A DNA stretch of 64,000 nt. Origin: Candidatus Latescibacterota bacterium. GTDB taxonomy: Bacteria; Latescibacterota; UBA2968. The notes under the pieces are model-generated. The model saw nothing but the letters and a program-made list of their open reading frames with translations. It ran no database searches and was not told where the DNA came from. Position numbers and translations under genes: made by a program. The DNA is taken from assembly GCA_965204745.1 (NCBI GenBank), contig OZ242010.1, positions 736,001 to 800,000 on the forward strand, in the 5' to 3' direction. Of this stretch, positions 20,071 through 29,521 are shown in pieces (position 1 is the stretch's first letter; each line of letters starts with the position of its first letter).

Positions 20071-20145
20071 CTTGCACTCGTTGAACCACTATTGGAAGGT
20101 CAATAATGGTCAACAGAAAGGTATCAGTTTTGACCCATGAAATTG
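19990..20145 (+). ncRNA. Putative omegaRNA (tnpB 3' end through right end plus flanking guide)
   Basis: Inferred from position only; 5' boundary not determined. Confidence 0.4.
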
Positions 20146-21225
20146 ACGCTTTTAAGTCCGCGTTCGCGGGCGGCGCATTTGGCGGTTATTTCCGCGCCTG
20201 AAGGGTGCGACGCACGGTTGTTGCAGTTGCAGGGCAAAGGGGAGACGTCGATTGCCGAGCGCGATCCGGTATCCCCTGTTTATCACGTCAATCTGCCCGC
20301 GCTGGACAAAGGGCAAGAGATGAGTTTTGAGGTGTCGGCGTTGGACAGTGCGGATGCGGCATCGGGGATTTCGCATTGCAATGCCGCTGGGAAATTGGAT
20401 GTTTCGCTGGCTGGATCGCCGTTTATAGTATTTCACCACGAGACGGATTATCCCAAGCCGGTTATCAATCCGATTTTGACCCCGAAAGGCGCGAATATGT
20501 TGCGCGAACCCATGCCCGCATGGGGCGAGGGCGAACACCCATGGCAGCGCGGGTTGACCCTGATGCAGGGCGCCATCAATGGGGTGGATTGCTGGAACGA
20601 GCGGCCCAACCGACCGGGGTATGGGCGCACGGCACAAGATGCGATTTCAATTTCGCACGCGCCCCTGTCTTTGGTGATCGCGTCTGAAAATACGTGGTAT
20701 GAAGGGGACCGGCCCCTGATGACGGATAGCCGATGGTATCGGTTGTTCGATTCCGGGCGCGATGCCGCGGTGTTGGATGTCGCGCTGACCCTGAAGGCGT
20801 CTCATGGCGCGGTGACGATAGGCGATACCAAAGAGGGCGGCTTTTTGTGCATTCGCGTGAATCCGTCCATGAATGCCAATGCGGATGGGCAGATGTGCAA
20901 TGCGTATGGCGCGACCGATGAGGCCGGGTGTTGGTCACTGCCGTCGCACTGGATGGATTATTGCGGGCCGGTGGGCGATGAGGTGGCCGGGTTTGCGATT
21001 TTTGACCATCCGCAGAATTTCCGGTATCCCACCACTTGGCATGTGCGCGGCTATGGCTTGTTCGCGCCCAACTGCTGGATGTTTAAGCCGGATCACCACT
21101 TGCCCGCAGGCGCGTCCATGACCTTTCGCTGGCGCGTGATCGTGCATACGGGAGATACGGCGCAGGCCGATATCGCAAATCGCTTTTTGGATTATGTGGA
21201 TGGCCCTCGTGCGACGTGGGAATGA
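20137..21225 (+). CDS. PmoA-like/DUF6807 family protein
   Basis: HPWQRGL, GDTKEGG, WMDYCG, FDHPQN..PTTWHVRGYGLFAPN. Confidence 0.8.
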   Translation: MKLTLLSPRSRAAHLAVISAPEGCDARLLQLQGKGETSIAERDPVSPVYHVNLPALDKGQEMSFEVSALDSADAASGISHCNAAGKLDVSLAGSPFIVFHHETDYPKPVINPILTPKGANMLREPMPAWGEGEHPWQRGLTLMQGAINGVDCWNERPNRPGYGRTAQDAISISHAPLSLVIASENTWYEGDRPLMTDSRWYRLFDSGRDAAVLDVALTLKASHGAVTIGDTKEGGFLCIRVNPSMNANADGQMCNAYGATDEAGCWSLPSHWMDYCGPVGDEVAGFAIFDHPQNFRYPTTWHVRGYGLFAPNCWMFKPDHHLPAGASMTFRWRVIVHTGDTAQADIANRFLDYVDGPRATWE

Positions 21226-21257
21226 GAGGCGGATCGCGGATTGGCGTCGGGCGAAAG

Positions 21258-21285
21258 TTGACATCTGTCAAAAAGGGCGTATATT
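21258..21285 (+). promoter_or_regulatory. Sigma70-like promoter with overlapping palindrome
   Basis: TTGACA-16 nt-TATATT; inverted repeat TTGACA-TC-TGTCAA. Confidence 0.55.
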
Positions 21286-21307
21286 TGTAAGACGCAACTG
21301 AAAGGAC

Positions 21308-21793
21308 ATGAACATGAAAAACATCTTCTGGATCGTTTGCCTTCCATTGGGCTTGATGCTCGACGCACCGATTGGCGCGCAACAGCAGGCCAGTCAAAAA
21401 CCCGCACCAACCACAAGCGCGTCGCAAAACCAAACCGAACTCGGCAAGTTGATCGGCATAGTTGAACAAATGGACAAACGGCTTGATCGCATGGAAAATA
21501 GATTTGATCGCATTGAAAACAGACTTGATCGCATTGAAGACAGACAAGACGTGCTCGACAAAAAGATGGACGCCAAGTTTGAACATTTGCACAATCGGAT
21601 GGATACCATGTTCTATTGGTTTATGGGCATTATTTCGGCTCTTGTCGCGCCCATTGCCATTACCCTTGGCTTCGACACGTACAGACGATTGAAGAACCCA
21701 AGCCCCCTGTTCCCAGGTGAGGGAGCCGCCCATCCGCCAAGCCCTCAAACGATCAGGGAGCAGGAGTCGGCAAAGCAAGCGACCGGCAGTTAA
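21308..21793 (+). CDS. Signal peptide + coiled-coil + C-terminal TM protein
   Basis: Heptads MDKRLDR/MENRFDR/IENRLDR; TM FYWFMGIISALVAPIAITLG. Confidence 0.75.
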   Translation: MNMKNIFWIVCLPLGLMLDAPIGAQQQASQKPAPTTSASQNQTELGKLIGIVEQMDKRLDRMENRFDRIENRLDRIEDRQDVLDKKMDAKFEHLHNRMDTMFYWFMGIISALVAPIAITLGFDTYRRLKNPSPLFPGEGAAHPPSPQTIREQESAKQATGS

Positions 21794-21811
21794 TGCCCCG
21801 TAGCCTCGAAA

Positions 21812-22833
21812 AAAACAAAAGCGGCGATCTGAAGATCGCCGCTTTTTTGTGTTCATTTTTGACATTGACCACAAAGACAAGCATAGAGCCTGTCTCGACG
21901 GGGCGGGGTAATCCGCGCAATTCGCGATTCAGACAACTGACTACAACCTCAATGCACCAATTGAAGACCCCAATCAGCACACCGCTCTTCAACCTGATTG
22001 AGCGGGGCCATCGTGACGATCACGCCATCAACGATCTTTTCCGGATGCAAGGTCCGCATCAATGCCACTTTATCGGCAAAGCGATCCACATCTTCCAACT
22101 CGCACACGGACTTGACCTCAAACACCAACAAGGCACTGTTATGCACCAAAATATCGACCTCGTAGCGACGACCCGCAGGCCCGATCATCCCCTCGGCATC
22201 TTCAAGGGGTTGGCGCAAGCGCACATGCTCCGAGAGAACATCGTCCCGGCCGAGTACCAGCCGCATCGTGCCGGCGACCACATCTTCCAATTTTCTGCCG
22301 GATCGGGTTTGAAAGCGTCCCACGATCATTTCGACCCAATCTCGCAGATCGGAGAATTGTTGCCCCATCTGATCAAGCCTGCCCTCGACTCGGTCAAGTC
22401 TAGCCTCGACTCGGTCAAATCGTTTATCGACTTGCACGCGATATTCGTCAAATTCGTTCCGAAACTCGCGCAATTCGGACAGCACTGCCGCCACTTCGTC
22501 CTTCGTGGCAAACGTCCGCATGAACGTCGAATAGACGCGCATCTCAAATTCGGGATGCCGTTCGAGCAAGGCCGGTAGTTGTGTCTCCAGCGTGTCCATC
22601 AATTCCTCATCGGTCAACAGAGCCATTGTGCCCTCCTTAAAAAAGTTTTACAACGCACTTCTTCATCCCCACCTACTCGCGACAAATATAGCCACCTTTT
22701 GCCCGATCTGCAACCCCAAATCTGTGTGTGGTAATCCGCGCAGAAAACAAAAGCGGCGATCTTCGGATCGCCGCTTTTTTGTGTTCATTTTTGACATTGA
22801 CCACAAAGACAGGCATGGAGCCTGTCCCTACGA
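21812..22833. repeat. About 90-bp direct repeats (terminator hairpin + REP) flanking one gene
   Basis: AAAACAAAAGCGGCGATCTNNNGATCGCCGCTTTTTTGTGTTCATTTTTGACATTGACCACAAAGACA at 21812 and 22744. Confidence 0.9.
21949..22626 (-). CDS. Coiled-coil + PD-(D/E)xK nuclease-like protein (DUF3782-like)
   Basis: FATKDE, heptad stalk, EVDILV..VFEVKS. Confidence 0.75.
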   Translation of the reverse strand: MALLTDEELMDTLETQLPALLERHPEFEMRVYSTFMRTFATKDEVAAVLSELREFRNEFDEYRVQVDKRFDRVEARLDRVEGRLDQMGQQFSDLRDWVEMIVGRFQTRSGRKLEDVVAGTMRLVLGRDDVLSEHVRLRQPLEDAEGMIGPAGRRYEVDILVHNSALLVFEVKSVCELEDVDRFADKVALMRTLHPEKIVDGVIVTMAPLNQVEERCADWGLQLVH

Positions 22834-22964
22834 TTGATGGCGGCGAGGGATGCGACGGACAGACGGAGCTAACGCACACGGCAGGGCGGTGATGGGACGG
22901 GCACGCACGGGCGGTTGGGTGGCGAGGTGAGGTCGCACGGGGGAGGCCGGAAGGGTGGGGATAA

Positions 22965-24560
22965 TCACCGCATCCATTTTTGAATGTCGGCGCGGATTTT
23001 TTTGGCGTCTAGGTGATCGGGTTGCAGGCGCAGCGCGGTTTGGAGTTGTTGGATGGCGAGGTCAAAGCGTCGGTGTGCGGCGTGGAGATAGCCGAGTTGG
23101 AGACGCGATGGGATGTGCGCTGGGCTGATGGCGATGGCGTGTATGTAGTGGGCCACCGCGCGGTCATAGTCGTCGTTTTGCCGGGCGATTTCGGCCATTT
23201 GAAAATGCGGGCGGTGGTCGTCCGAGACAAGGGCCGCGTATTGCTGAAAGGCGTGATACGCCTGTTGGGGTTGCGCGGTCGCGAGATGGGTCAAGGCGAG
23301 GTGATAGCGCGGGATGGCGTAATTGGGTTCTGCGTCAATGGCGTTTGCAAAGGCTTCGATGGCCGCGTCGTAGCGTTTGATCAAGTAGAGGATGCTACCC
23401 AAGCGGAAATGGACGCGGGTGAATTGGGTGTTGTGCGCGGCGGCTTTTTGCAGGTGGTCAACGGCTCGTTCGTGATCGCCCTTGCGGTGCATGATCAGGC
23501 CGAGTTTGAAATGCGCGTCTGCCAGTGTGGAATCGCGTTCCAAGGCTTGCAGGTAGTACTCGGTGGCTTCGTCGATGCGGTCGAGTTCGTCGTACGCATT
23601 GGCTAATTCATAGCAGGCGACGGGATCGTCCGGGTTGGCTTGGATGGCTTCTCGCAGTTGCGCGGTGATGGTCTCAAAGGTCTGGGCGTATTGGTTGAAA
23701 AACATGCCGGACAGCGCGGCTTGGATGTCGGCGTCTAAGGGCGATAGCCGGATGGCTTGTTCGAGTTCGCTCATGGCCTCGTCTGCGCGCCCGCGCTTTT
23801 TGAGGATGAGGCCGAGGCGATAGCGCGCGACGACGTGTTCAAAGTCGATTTCCAAGGCTTTGCGATAGGCGGTTTCCGCGGCTGCGAGGCGGTTGCGCGT
23901 TTCGTAGATGCGCCCGAGATAATAGTGGGGCATCGCGCTTTTTGCGTCGCGTTGGGCCGCGCGTTGCAGGCCGGTTTCGGCTCGTGCGAGCAAGGCGTGG
24001 TCGATGGGCGATTGGCGCAGGCTCTGATGCAGGGCCATCAGGCTTTCGGTCGCCATGCGGAGGCTTTCCGAGTCGCGGAACAGGGGCAGTTGCAACCGGG
24101 TTTTCTCATGCGCGGTGAGGGTGATCTTGAAGTGATCCGCGATGGCGTAGAGCACGGGCAAGATCGCGTCCAATGGCGCGGAGACGGACGCCTGTCCCAT
24201 AAAGGTTTCGATGACCTCGCCCGTGGATGCCCGAAGCACGTCGGTTTTGAGATGGATGCGCGATCCCGCGATGTGGTACTGCCCGGTCAAGATCAAGTGG
24301 ATGTTCAATTTGTCGGCGAGGTCAGCAGAGGTCACGCGCGTTTCCCCGAGGGTGTGGCGCAGGTAGTCTTCGTCAACCGCGTAGATTTTGGGGACGTGGT
24401 AATAGGCGTTGACATACCCTTCGACAATGCCCAACGAGAGCCAATTCCACTGCGGGTCGCCGCTGGTGTTTTCGTGTGGCAAGACGGCGATGTGCCACTG
24501 CGCGTCGATGGGCGCGTGGGTCAGGGCGATGAGGATGCAGAGTTGGAGGAGTTTTTTCAC
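22965..24560 (-). CDS. Secreted TPR protein with TolB-N/CsgG-like N-terminal domain
   Basis: Signal peptide, IAVLPHEN..WLSLGI, many TPR repeats. Confidence 0.85.
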   Translation of the reverse strand: MKKLLQLCILIALTHAPIDAQWHIAVLPHENTSGDPQWNWLSLGIVEGYVNAYYHVPKIYAVDEDYLRHTLGETRVTSADLADKLNIHLILTGQYHIAGSRIHLKTDVLRASTGEVIETFMGQASVSAPLDAILPVLYAIADHFKITLTAHEKTRLQLPLFRDSESLRMATESLMALHQSLRQSPIDHALLARAETGLQRAAQRDAKSAMPHYYLGRIYETRNRLAAAETAYRKALEIDFEHVVARYRLGLILKKRGRADEAMSELEQAIRLSPLDADIQAALSGMFFNQYAQTFETITAQLREAIQANPDDPVACYELANAYDELDRIDEATEYYLQALERDSTLADAHFKLGLIMHRKGDHERAVDHLQKAAAHNTQFTRVHFRLGSILYLIKRYDAAIEAFANAIDAEPNYAIPRYHLALTHLATAQPQQAYHAFQQYAALVSDDHRPHFQMAEIARQNDDYDRAVAHYIHAIAISPAHIPSRLQLGYLHAAHRRFDLAIQQLQTALRLQPDHLDAKKIRADIQKWMR

Positions 24561-24563
24561 GTT

Positions 24564-26339
24564 TTACCTCGGGGTTTCATCGTCGTTGGTGACGTAGAGA
24601 AAGGCCGTACACATTTCGTCGGTCGCGTTTTCGCCCCAGCGCACCAAGCGGGGCGGATCGTTGGGGTTTCGGGGGTTGTCGGCGGAGTTGTCGTAATGGG
24701 CTTCAAGGGCGATGCGAGTGCCGCGTGGGAGCGGGACCGGAGTTTTGTACACGTAGGTTTCCTGCCAGTTGAAGTCCCAGGGTTTGACCCAGATCAAGGG
24801 GTGTTGCGTGCCATCGGGATAGGTGGCGGTGAGTTTCATCTCCGTGCCGAGCAAGTGCATGTGGGGCAAGATGCCGAGCAGGTGCTGGTCTTGGGCTATG
24901 GTGATCGACCCCGCGACCCGGTGGCGTTTGACATTGGGCGGGATGAACAGCAGGCGGCTGTTGATGACGACCTCGCGGAGGCGTTTTTCGACGGGTTTTT
25001 TGGCAAAGTAAATGCCCAACCGAGAGTGGTCGGTTGCGGCGCGTCCAATTTTGTGGTAGTGGATTTGGAGAATGATGTCGCTGTTGGGCGGCAGATGTCG
25101 CCCGATGCCATCGGGGAGGATGAACGGCGTATTGCCGGGTGCCCATCCCCCCAGGGATTCGTAGAGGGGCACGCCAATGCCGCCGAAACACGGATAGCCC
25201 GGCCCCGGCGCGTTGTTCTGTTGCAGGCGCGCTTTGCCCGAGACGTCGATGTACGCGCTGACGTGGTGGACGACTTCGCGGTCCCCGGGCAGGACTTCGA
25301 TAGCCGAGACATAGTTGGCGGCGGCCCGTTCGGTGGGCAAGACAAAACAGCGGTATTCGTCGCGGCCCGCGGCTTCGAGGGGATACGGGGCTTCGGGCGT
25401 GAGGATCAAGTCGGGCGTGCCCAAGGTCCAGCCGGTTGGAAAGGCGCGGGGTTCGGGGCGATGCGCGGGATCGCCTTCGGGCATGCCGCCATCCACCCAT
25501 TGCGCGAAGGTGTGGATTTCCGCGTCCGTGAGCCTGCGGGAATTTTTGAAGTCGCCGTATTCCGGGCGGGCTTTCCACGGGGGCATGATGCGGGCTTGGA
25601 TGGAGTCGCGCATCTGATAGGCCCAGGCGAGTACTTCCGCGTAGTCGAAAAAGGGCACGCGGCCCATGCCGCCCGGGCGGTGGCAGGTTTGGCAGCGGTT
25701 TTGAAGCACGGGCAAGATGTCGCGGTAAAATGTCGGGGCGGATGCTTGCGCGGCAGGGGTTACGCGGGGCAGGCGTCTGATTTCACAGCCAAAGCTGGGC
25801 AGGATGGGATCGGCGATTTCCCGGTCGGCGAGCAGGGCGTCGAGGGCGTCCCACAGACCGCGCGAGGTCGCGTTTTCGGCTATGCCCCAACCGTTGTCGA
25901 GTTCGCCTTTGTAGCGCAGGCGGCGTTGCGCGTCAAAGAGGAAGGCTTGAGGGGTGTGCGTCGCGCCCAAGTGGTCCGCGAGTTCGGCGTGCGGGTCGCG
26001 CAGGACGATGAAGGGCACGGGATTTTGGGCGTAGTGGGCGCGGATGTCTCGGTCGGTTTCGTTGAAGTTGGCATTCACGGCGATCAGGCGAATGCCTTTG
26101 GGCGCGTACTGCTCGTGAAGTTGCGTGCGGACGAGGTCGTATTTGACCGAGGCCGGGCAGACGATGGAACCGAAGACGATGACGAGGGCGCGATTGATGG
26201 GCAAATCCGCGAGGGAGACGGGCGCGCCATCGAGGTCCGCGAGGGCAAAATTGCCGAGGGGGGCGCCGATGCCGAGGGGTTCGGCGCATGCGTGGCGCGG
26301 CAAGGCGAGGAAGAGGGCGATGGCGAGGAGGCGTTTCAT
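24564..26339 (-). CDS. Redoxin + CxxCH + copper monooxygenase-like domain protein
   Basis: AhpC/TSA fold (CPAS, TPQAF); CQTCH; VVHH, IHYH, PHMHLLG, EMC motifs. Confidence 0.85.
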   Translation of the reverse strand: MKRLLAIALFLALPRHACAEPLGIGAPLGNFALADLDGAPVSLADLPINRALVIVFGSIVCPASVKYDLVRTQLHEQYAPKGIRLIAVNANFNETDRDIRAHYAQNPVPFIVLRDPHAELADHLGATHTPQAFLFDAQRRLRYKGELDNGWGIAENATSRGLWDALDALLADREIADPILPSFGCEIRRLPRVTPAAQASAPTFYRDILPVLQNRCQTCHRPGGMGRVPFFDYAEVLAWAYQMRDSIQARIMPPWKARPEYGDFKNSRRLTDAEIHTFAQWVDGGMPEGDPAHRPEPRAFPTGWTLGTPDLILTPEAPYPLEAAGRDEYRCFVLPTERAAANYVSAIEVLPGDREVVHHVSAYIDVSGKARLQQNNAPGPGYPCFGGIGVPLYESLGGWAPGNTPFILPDGIGRHLPPNSDIILQIHYHKIGRAATDHSRLGIYFAKKPVEKRLREVVINSRLLFIPPNVKRHRVAGSITIAQDQHLLGILPHMHLLGTEMKLTATYPDGTQHPLIWVKPWDFNWQETYVYKTPVPLPRGTRIALEAHYDNSADNPRNPNDPPRLVRWGENATDEMCTAFLYVTNDDETPR

Positions 26340-26356
26340 GGGGCAACGGTTGGGGG

Positions 26357-27070
26357 TCAGCGGTCGCGCTGCCGCAGATGGTCGATGAGGAAAACGAGCG
26401 CGAGGATGCCGAAGAATGCGGCGACAGCGAGGGCGATAAAGTGGCTTTCATCCGGCAGGCGCCAGTATTGTACCCCGACAAATATCAGGGCGGGAACGAA
26501 GAAGATGAGCGCGCCCAACAAGGCATAGATGGATCGCGCGCCCGGTTCGGGTTGGGGATTTTGGTCGCGCTGTGGTCGTGTCGGCCGGATCGTGGGAGGG
26601 GCTGTCTTGGGCTTGACCGGTTCGGGTGGTTTGACTTGGGCGAGCATGGCGATGACGCTTTTGCGATAGGCGTTGTCCGCCGCCGCATAGACGGTCCAAA
26701 ATGCCGCGATTTCCTCCGCGCCTGTGCGGGTGAATTGCTTTTCGAGTGCGCGTTTGCGGTCGAGGGGCAGTTCGGCCGGGGCCTGTTTTTGGTGCTTTTT
26801 GAGGTCGTGGAGGATGTGCGTGAGGCTGGCGTCGTACCCGTGAATCCAGGGATAGGTGGCGTGCTGGAGCAGTTTTTCGTCGGGGTTGGTGGTGGCAAAT
26901 TCGCGGGTGTACGCGGCGATGAGTTTTTCGCGGCCGATTTTAGACCCCGCGCCGGGAAAGTGTTTTGCCCGCAACGCACTGTCGCGCTGAAAGGGCTGCG
27001 AGAGATGGGCGTGATCCGCGATTTCGAGGATGCGGTTGAATGCAGCGATGAGGGGTTGGCGACAGGACAT
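26357..27070 (-). CDS. Hypothetical protein with Pro-rich linker and two C-terminal TMs
   Basis: ORF co-oriented with operon; hydrophobic C-terminus. Confidence 0.7.
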   Translation of the reverse strand: MSCRQPLIAAFNRILEIADHAHLSQPFQRDSALRAKHFPGAGSKIGREKLIAAYTREFATTNPDEKLLQHATYPWIHGYDASLTHILHDLKKHQKQAPAELPLDRKRALEKQFTRTGAEEIAAFWTVYAAADNAYRKSVIAMLAQVKPPEPVKPKTAPPTIRPTRPQRDQNPQPEPGARSIYALLGALIFFVPALIFVGVQYWRLPDESHFIALAVAAFFGILALVFLIDHLRQRDR

Positions 27071-27163
27071 ACGAAAGGCGTGAGAGGGGAGAGGCGAGAG
27101 GCAAGAGGGGAGAGGCAAGAGAGACAGCGCGGCGGTGCTGAACGCCGATAGCCAGTTTTCAAA

Positions 27164-27511
27164 TTATGCAGGAACACCAGAATAACTTTCCCGCTTTGAA
27201 ACCGCGCTTGACGACAATGGTTGGGAAACGCTTTGATCTCTTTCACGAGACGCCTTCCAGCATACAGCGAGAATATGACCAACATGTTCGCGGATATAAT
27301 CGCGCTGACTTGCAACGTGTTCAAGAATATGCTCGACCTCATTCATATCAATATCATACTTTTTAAGTGCAGGTACAATCTCTTTCGTCAAAGCGGCCTT
27401 AAACAAAGGCACATCTCCATCTTCCAACAACACATCGATGTATTCGACAATATCCTCCGGCGTATCCAAACCAAACAACGGATCATAAGGCTCAGGTTGC
27501 GTTTTTCCCAT
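27164..27511 (-). CDS. Addiction-module antidote-like small protein
   Basis: LDTPEDIVEYIDVLLEDGDVPLFKAAL resembles antidote N-termini; no clear HTH; GGGAG RBS. Confidence 0.5.
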   Translation of the reverse strand: MGKTQPEPYDPLFGLDTPEDIVEYIDVLLEDGDVPLFKAALTKEIVPALKKYDIDMNEVEHILEHVASQRDYIREHVGHILAVCWKASRERDQSVSQPLSSSAVSKRESYSGVPA

Positions 27512-27562
27512 GACAACACTCCCTAAAATCTAAGTAACCAGACAAATTCTAAGAAGCGATCT

Positions 27563-27598
27563 AAAAACAGGCCCCCTCCCCGAAACAGGGAGGGGGAG
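27563..27598 (-). terminator. Intrinsic terminator after the selenoprotein gene
   Basis: Minus strand CCCCCTCCC-loop-GGGAGGGGG followed by CCTGTTTTT. Confidence 0.7.
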
Positions 27599-27669
27599 AT
27601 GTTCTCTGGTAGGGAGTGGCTCAATTCCCCCATTTCTTCAATGAGCGGAGCGAAGGGGGTAGATCACAT

Positions 27670-29286
27670 TCAGTTGACTGACTTTCCAAAATTTGCGACA
27701 AAGATGAGAAAATCGGGAAAATCCACGCTACCCGAGTTGTCGAGATCGAATTTTTCATTGGCTGTGCCAAAAGCTTGGGCAAACAAGAGGAAGTCTGAAA
27801 AGTCAATCTTGCCCGACTCATCAAAGTCGGAGCGTTTGAGTGGCCCGGTGACCGATCCGGTGAGGGTCAGGCTGATCGTGGCGTTTTCCGGATCGTCCGA
27901 TTGAATGTCAATGGTGCCTGTGATTGCCCCTTCGGATTGCGGGTCAAACGTCACGGTGATGTCGTGAGATTGACCGGCGGGCACGGTGAATTGGGTTTCC
28001 GAAAATGTGATGCCCGCAATGTCGGATCGGATGTCCGTAACGGTGAGCGGGCCTGTGCCGCTGTTGTCGATAGTGATCGTTTCCGTGATGCGGTTGCCCA
28101 CCTCAATTTCGCCCAAACTCACACTTTCTCGAATGAGTGCAATGCTCGGGACGGGGATAGCAGTGACCGATCCGGTGAGGGTCAGGCTGATCGTGGCGTT
28201 TTCCGGATCGTCTGAAAGGATGTCAATGGTGCCTGTGATTGCCCCTTCGGCTTGCGGATTGAACGTCACGGTGATGACGCGAGATTGACCGGCGGGCACG
28301 GTGAATTGGGTTTCCGAAAATGTGATGCCCGCGATGTCAGATCGAATGTCCGTAACGGTGAGCGGGCCTGTGCCGCTGTTGTCGATAGTGAATGTTTTTG
28401 TGATGCGGTTGCCCACCTCAATTTCACCCAAACTCAAACTTTCTTGAATGAGTGCAATGCTCGGCAATGGAGCCATTTCAATGGTGAGATTCAACACAGG
28501 TACTCGCAAGGTGCCGACGCTTTGGTCCCTGTGTTGCAAGGTGAGGCTGCCCGAAAAAGTGCCGGGTTGCGTTGGCGTGAGGGTGATTTGAACGGTTGCA
28601 GTTTCGCCGGGGCCGATAGTCAGGGTCTCTGGCGTCATGGTGATGCCGTCGGGTGCTCTGTATCCGGTGATTTCGAGCGGCCCCGTGCCCGTGTTGCGGA
28701 TTTCGAGTTCAACGGTTTTGGACTGCCCCACTTCAAGCGTTCTGCCAAAGTAAAGCCCTTGAGTGGGATCAGGAAATAGGGAAATCACCGGCCGGCGATT
28801 GATGAGGGCGTCGACTTCTCTGTTGACTGCGGCATAATTGCCAGTGCCGAGTGCATTGGTCCTCAGGCGCAAGATGCCTTCTTGGTCAATGACGAGGATA
28901 GCTTCGTTGCGGGTGCCATACTCTCTGGATATGTCGTGCGCCTGCATGATCATAGGCGTCGTTACCCTGGCTCGTCTCCGATAGGACTCTGCCTGCTGAC
29001 GATTGCCTCTGTATCTGTCGAGCGTGAGGACTTGGACGCCGGGTTTGTTGCGGTTGGGTTGATGAACCTGGGATTCAAAGGCGGGACCCGCCCCTATACA
29101 GGTATCTCAGTTCCATCCGACAAAAAAGAGGACGGAGATCGTGTTGCTCGAATGGCTGACGCCATACGACCGACCATCGGTGGCCCCAAGTTGAAATTCG
29201 CTCATTTTGTCACCCACCCGTGGTTGGGCGAAAGCGGTCGTACACAGACCAAGCGACAAAAGAAAAAAGAAAATACGGTGTTTCAT
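27670..29286 (-). CDS. Secreted selenoprotein: UxxC redoxin + 3 Ig-like (ASH/choice-of-anchor-D-like) domains + dockerin/EF-hand-like tag
   Basis: GGAGG RBS, signal peptide, FFVGWN-TGA(29107-29109)-DTC reads in frame into ORF 27670-28953; 538 aa with readthrough. Confidence 0.85.
27848..28465 (-). repeat. Intragenic 315-bp near-identical tandem domain duplication
   Basis: ACCGATCCGGTGAGGGTCAGG at 27851 and 28166. Confidence 0.95.
29077..29095 (-). promoter_or_regulatory. Bacterial SECIS-like hairpin
   Basis: AGGGGCGG-GTC-CCGCCTTT; GU-starting loop 19 nt after the UGA. Confidence 0.7.
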
Positions 29287-29521
29287 GGTGTTCCTCCATA
29301 AAAGGTGTGAGACGGGACGTTGGCTACGCTTGCGCGTGCGCCAGAGTGACGATATGGTTGGGCGGGGTGGACTGACCACTGACTACTGACCACTGACCAC
29401 TGAATATAGCAAATCTCTTTCGTTCGCGCCAAGAAAATGTATCGGGGTTTGCGCTTGATTTTGGGGGGTGGCTTTTCTACATTGTGTTCACGTTTTGGCG
29501 TTTTTGGAGTTCCCATTTTTT

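Larger units (their letters stand above)
18669..20127 (+). mobile_element. IS607-derived element (tnpA remnant + tnpB)
   Basis: GTTGAC-like repeats with about 9-bp spacing at both ends in inverted arrangement; right end GTATCAG; left boundary could be 18669 or 18680. Confidence 0.75.

Noticed and set aside
23757-26528. 923-aa plus-strand ORF
   Set aside because: Antisense shadow of two well-supported minus-strand genes; no recognisable motifs
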